Origin: Clostridia bacterium
GTDB taxonomy: Bacteria > Bacillota > Clostridia > Christensenellales > UBA1242
Assembly (NCBI GenBank): GCA_900767715.1
Contig: CAAGAD010000009.1
Coordinates: 5,919 to 69,918, forward strand
Length of the DNA: 64,000 nucleotides
Reading direction: 5' to 3'
The position numbers and the translations under genes are program-made. Below are positions 60,570 to 64,000 of the stretch, one piece after another (positions within the stretch are counted from its first letter, which is position 1; every line of letters starts with the position of its first letter). The notes beneath the pieces were generated by a model. That model worked only from the letters and a program-made list of their open reading frames with translations, did no database searches and had not been told where the DNA came from.

Positions 60570-60983
60570 ATGGAAAACGAAAAGAAAGCAAAAATGACAA
60601 AGGAAGAAATTAAGGAACAAAAACTGTATGTCGAGCGAGAGCAATTTAAAGGGAATGATGGAAACGATTATTGGTCTTATATATTGAAGGGCGTAGTACG
60701 TGGTCGTAATGTTAAAGTTGATTTTGCTCCAAAGGACAAGGGCGGATATGAGCCATTGGACATTTTGTTTGACGTTGCAGAAAAAGCAGAACTTTTGATT
60801 GGCGATGAAGAAATGACAGATAGTGTTACTGGTGTCAAGACAAAATACAAAACTTACACTTTAAGAACTGTCGATGAAGATGGTATCGAATATTTATGTA
60901 GCGTTAAGCCATCGAGAGATAGCGATAAGGCATTGCTAAATATGCTCATAAACACTATGAATAAAGGAAGCAATGCTAAATAG
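60570..60983 (+). CDS. Hypothetical protein
   Basis: 137 aa. GGGAGAG RBS. No motif recognised. Confidence 0.45.
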   Translation: MENEKKAKMTKEEIKEQKLYVEREQFKGNDGNDYWSYILKGVVRGRNVKVDFAPKDKGGYEPLDILFDVAEKAELLIGDEEMTDSVTGVKTKYKTYTLRTVDEDGIEYLCSVKPSRDSDKALLNMLINTMNKGSNAK

Positions 60984-61016
60984 CCTTTTCAACAAATCGA
61001 ATATTAGGAGTAAATT

Positions 61017-61355
61017 ATGGATAACGAAATCAAAAATGTGACCGATTTGACATTTGAAGACGTAAGGAAAATGTTTGACGTGTTGTTATGTAAAGGATAT
61101 TTGGCGCAAGAAATCCTAAACTTCCCCATTTGTGTTGGAAACAACCACACAAGACACTTTATTGAAGTGACAGAACGTGACGAACAATTCAAGGTTCTAT
61201 TGCCGATAGATAAAATAGTATCTATCAGCGAACACGATGGACTTTGTTTTATCGAAACCGGTGTCGATAACAAGGGCGAAAGTTTAGGTATGTTTACAAG
61301 TGAAACATTTGATGATGTAAAAGCAATTTTAGAAAAAAAAAGTAATTGGGAGTAA
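61017..61355 (+). CDS. Hypothetical protein
   Basis: 112 aa. AGGAG RBS. No motif recognised. Confidence 0.45.
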   Translation: MDNEIKNVTDLTFEDVRKMFDVLLCKGYLAQEILNFPICVGNNHTRHFIEVTERDEQFKVLLPIDKIVSISEHDGLCFIETGVDNKGESLGMFTSETFDDVKAILEKKSNWE

Positions 61356-61837
61356 TTATGAATTCGAAAAAAATTTTTAAAAACAAAAAAATAAACAATC
61401 TGTTTACTGGAATTAGCGTATTGCTAATTATTGGATTGTTGGTCGCACTCTGTGTTAACGTAGGAAAATTGAACACTTCTCGTAAGGTAACTAATTTAGA
61501 TTATGCCATAACAAGCATTAGTTCTACAACGGGTAAGGACGTTGATAGCAATCTTCATATTTCAATGAAAAACAAAAAGGCTGTTGACGGATTGTCAATC
61601 AAGCTGAGTGATAATGCACAAATTACATATAAGGTGGCCTTTTATGATGAAGATGGTGCATTCGTATCAATGACAACGGCTCAAAGCGCCGATTTTGATA
61701 ACTCAAATATTCCATCTACAGCAAAAACGTTCCGAGTTGAAATTACGCCAAATCAAGTTGATGGTAAGGACGTGACTATTACTATTTGGAATATTAGTAA
61801 TTACACTGCTCAACTAACAATTGTTTACAACAAATAA
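61346..61837 (+). CDS. N-terminally membrane-anchored protein, paralog of the 61968 product
   Basis: TM LFTGISVLLIIGLLVALCV. The domain block ITYKVAFYDEDGAFVSMT...IPSTAKTFRVEITP parallels ITYGLYFYDENEKFMISQ...IPVNAKYVRIVITP. Confidence 0.55.
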   Translation: MGVIMNSKKIFKNKKINNLFTGISVLLIIGLLVALCVNVGKLNTSRKVTNLDYAITSISSTTGKDVDSNLHISMKNKKAVDGLSIKLSDNAQITYKVAFYDEDGAFVSMTTAQSADFDNSNIPSTAKTFRVEITPNQVDGKDVTITIWNISNYTAQLTIVYNK

Positions 61838-61847
61838 GGCGGTGTGT

Positions 61848-61955
61848 ATGAAAAAGATAATAAAAAACAAAAAAACACGCAGTGTTGTCAAAATAGTGCT
61901 ATTGGTTGTTCATATAGCGTTAACTATTGGTGCATTGTTGGTGGTTTTTAAATAA
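61848..61955 (+). CDS. Possible 35-aa single-TM micropeptide
   Basis: Hand translation gives MKKIIKNKKTRSVVKIVLLVVHIALTIGALLVVFK. GGCGGTG lies upstream. It fills the only gap in an otherwise tightly packed cluster. Too short for the ORF track. Confidence 0.3.
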   Translation: MKKIIKNKKTRSVVKIVLLVVHIALTIGALLVVFK

Positions 61956-61967
61956 GGAGACTACTAA

Positions 61968-62777
61968 ATGAAAAAAATAAAAGGTAAAAATGACAGCGTG
62001 TTTTTATTGCTTGTTGGAGCACTGCTTGTTATTGCAACGATCTGTGGTTTGGTTGCAGTCATAAACAACGATAAATCTAATATGCGTACCGTTCGACCCG
62101 ATTATTTTATCGGTGGTCTAGACTCAAATTCCGGTAAATACGTAGCTACAAAAGGCAGTATTTACACTAAGCATTCGTTCGAATGTCAAGGGTTGAAAAC
62201 AACTTTAAACTTTGATGCGACAATTACTTATGGCTTGTATTTTTATGATGAAAATGAAAAATTTATGATTTCTCAAACATCATTGGAAACTAACGTTAAT
62301 GAAATACCTGTCAATGCTAAGTATGTACGCATTGTAATCACGCCTAAGGAAGATTCTAAAGTGTCCTGGTACGAGAAAAGCAAATATTCGTCTCAGTTGA
62401 AAGTCGAGGTCTTTAAAGAACAAAAATTTGTTCATCAAGACGTTTATGGCGATGATTTGTTTACATATCTAGGTCAAGGATATTTCTCCGCAGATGGTTT
62501 CGTTCAAGATACTACAAGTGAAAAATCCTTCTATTTCTCAAATGACATTGGCTTGACAGATTATAGTCGAATTAAAGTCTATGTGCCAAAAAGCACAACT
62601 AATTTCACAATCGACTTTTATTCTGCGACATCAACTAAGGTTGCATTGGAACCATCATTAATTGAAAGTGATAGCGACTTTGAAATCCGAGTTTATGATT
62701 TGTCAGGAGTGTCGCGCGCTGTTCTTTGCTGGAAAACTGGTTCGACAATGCCTCAAATAAGAGCATTGATTGGTTAG
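61968..62777 (+). CDS. N-terminally membrane-anchored two-domain protein (paralog of the 61346 product)
   Basis: TM VFLLLVGALLVIATICGLVAVI. The first domain is homologous to the 61346 product. AAGGAG RBS. Confidence 0.55.
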   Translation: MKKIKGKNDSVFLLLVGALLVIATICGLVAVINNDKSNMRTVRPDYFIGGLDSNSGKYVATKGSIYTKHSFECQGLKTTLNFDATITYGLYFYDENEKFMISQTSLETNVNEIPVNAKYVRIVITPKEDSKVSWYEKSKYSSQLKVEVFKEQKFVHQDVYGDDLFTYLGQGYFSADGFVQDTTSEKSFYFSNDIGLTDYSRIKVYVPKSTTNFTIDFYSATSTKVALEPSLIESDSDFEIRVYDLSGVSRAVLCWKTGSTMPQIRALIG

Positions 62778-62787
62778 GAGGTAATTT

Positions 62788-63345
62788 ATGAGAAAATCGA
62801 CTAACAATATATCAAGTGTGTTATCTAGTCTATCGATATTAATGCTTGTCGTTGTTGTTGTCGGTTTTCTTTTTTACCGCACTGATGGATTTACGACGGC
62901 ATATAAGCAATTTTATCTTGTGTGTGGAGATGACAATATAGTTGGCAACCGTGATAATATGCCGATAAAATTAAATGAAGAATATCGATTTGACATTGTA
63001 AATGAAATTGCAGGTTTGATTGACGATGACAGCAATTATGTCGTTAAAATCGTACCAAAAATAGATGAAAAAACGAATTTTACATTTATTGTTGACAATG
63101 AAGAAAAGACTTATGGCGACATCGAAAGTCTAACTAAATGTTTTGAGTTGAGATTGTACACCAACTATTTTATTTTGAAAGCGACTACGGATTTGCCTAA
63201 TATGTTGCAAGATTTATACTCTGTCGATTCCGTTTCTAATTGTCCTAACATCATTGATACAGCCACACCTTATTTCACACTGATTGTAATGAAAGGCGCG
63301 GATGAAATCAGTATTAATTTAAGTTTAGAAAGTGAGCGATTATGA
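62788..63345 (+). CDS. N-terminally membrane-anchored hypothetical protein
   Basis: TM SSLSILMLVVVVVGFLFY. AGGAGG RBS. Confidence 0.5.
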   Translation: MRKSTNNISSVLSSLSILMLVVVVVGFLFYRTDGFTTAYKQFYLVCGDDNIVGNRDNMPIKLNEEYRFDIVNEIAGLIDDDSNYVVKIVPKIDEKTNFTFIVDNEEKTYGDIESLTKCFELRLYTNYFILKATTDLPNMLQDLYSVDSVSNCPNIIDTATPYFTLIVMKGADEISINLSLESERL

Positions 63346-64000
63346 ACAAAAAGAAGAAAATTGTTAGCTTATTGTTGTTTGTGTGTTCAATATTTGTGAG
63401 TTTATTCACCATAGGTTTGACTAGCGCAGCCATTACAAGTGACTCTGTGCAATATACAAATGTATTGGACGATTTACAAAAAGATAATAACTTTGATAGC
63501 AGTAATTATATCGTTGACACTACAGATAATTCATTAAAAGTTATCCAAGTAGGCGAAAGTGATTATAACGAGTTATTTCTCTACGTTTATCAACCAAATT
63601 CACCAAATGATAAGTTAAGAGCAACTTATATAAATATGTCATTAACAGCGAATAATGACAACAACAAAATTTACCAGCTTACTTTGTTAAATTCAAATGG
63701 CGTGTTTCATAAATATCGGGTTAAAAACTTTTCCGTATCAAATGAAATAACTCGATACTATAACATTACATCCATATATAGAAAGTGGTTAAAGGGAGTT
63801 GACGATGATACTTCCGAAATTAATGATAATGTTATTTCGCAAGTATCATTTGAGGTAGGTTACCTATATACTTTAAGAACGAACAATAATGGCGAGATAG
63901 AATTTAACAGCAGTAAACTAGAAGTTATAAACATAACATCGAAGTGGGTCGGCTATATAAGGTATGGAAATGGGTCTGGGATATTGCCTGCCAACACAGA
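63342..64000 (+). CDS. Secreted hypothetical protein (3' end off window)
   Basis: ATGA overlap with the preceding stop. Signal-peptide-like MNKKKKIVSLLLFVCSIFVSLFTIGLTSAA. The frame is open to the window end. Confidence 0.5.
   Translation, partial: MNKKKKIVSLLLFVCSIFVSLFTIGLTSAAITSDSVQYTNVLDDLQKDNNFDSSNYIVDTTDNSLKVIQVGESDYNELFLYVYQPNSPNDKLRATYINMSLTANNDNNKIYQLTLLNSNGVFHKYRVKNFSVSNEITRYYNITSIYRKWLKGVDDDTSEINDNVISQVSFEVGYLYTLRTNNNGEIEFNSSKLEVINITSKWVGYIRYGNGSGILPANT

Overview
This window is a low-GC Gram-positive (Bacillota-like) chromosomal segment, standard genetic code, read by eye from the sequence and the ORF track. No searches or GC calculations were run.

**Core genes**
- 2.2-6.3 kb: spoVG, murC, rpmE, prmC, prfA.
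- 10.0-25.7 kb: a complete S10-spc-alpha ribosomal superoperon, rpsJ through rplQ, including secY, adk, map, infA, rpmJ and rpoA.
- 32.6-35.2 kb: a small glycan module.
- 35.2-49.4 kb: comFC, mscL, an MBL hydrolase, addB, addA, mrnC, rlmB, sigH, dnaX, ybaB and recR.
- Three tRNAs: Ser-GGA on the + strand, and Ala-UGC plus Ile-GAU on the - strand with their own promoter.

**Accessory regions, visibly more AT-rich**
- 25.8-32.5 kb, around tRNA-Ser: a membrane-anchored HNH nuclease, a paralogous membrane protein ending in a SHOCT domain, a DUF4041/T5orf172 (GIY-YIG-like) protein, and a 21-nt duplicate of the tRNA-Ser 5' end.
- 49.6-60.1 kb: a ~10.5 kb island inserted at the anticodon loop of tRNA-Ile. 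It is flanked by ~182-nt direct repeats and phased short motif arrays. It has no recognisable recombinase.
- 60.6-64.0 kb: a cluster of small membrane-anchored or secreted paralogs.

**Main candidate for an undescribed system**
The tRNA-Ile island carries one tightly coupled 13-gene operon (49920-59462). Its products are:
- a class-I aminoacyl-tRNA-synthetase-like protein;
- a nucleoside 2-deoxyribosyltransferase-family protein;
- two thymidylate-kinase-like kinases;
- a helix-hairpin-helix glycosylase-like protein;
- an alanine-dehydrogenase-family oxidoreductase;
- two methyltransferase-fold proteins;
- an AlkZ/YcaQ-family protein with a QAQ motif;
- a pyruvoyl AdoMet-decarboxylase-like protein;
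- a chimeric sigma-region-4/DegT-remnant protein;
- a DEDDh exonuclease;
- a Nudix hydrolase.

I cannot match this combination to any pathway or defence system I know. I read it as either a modified-nucleotide or nucleoside-toxin pathway with self-protection, or a DNA base-hypermodification and restriction system.
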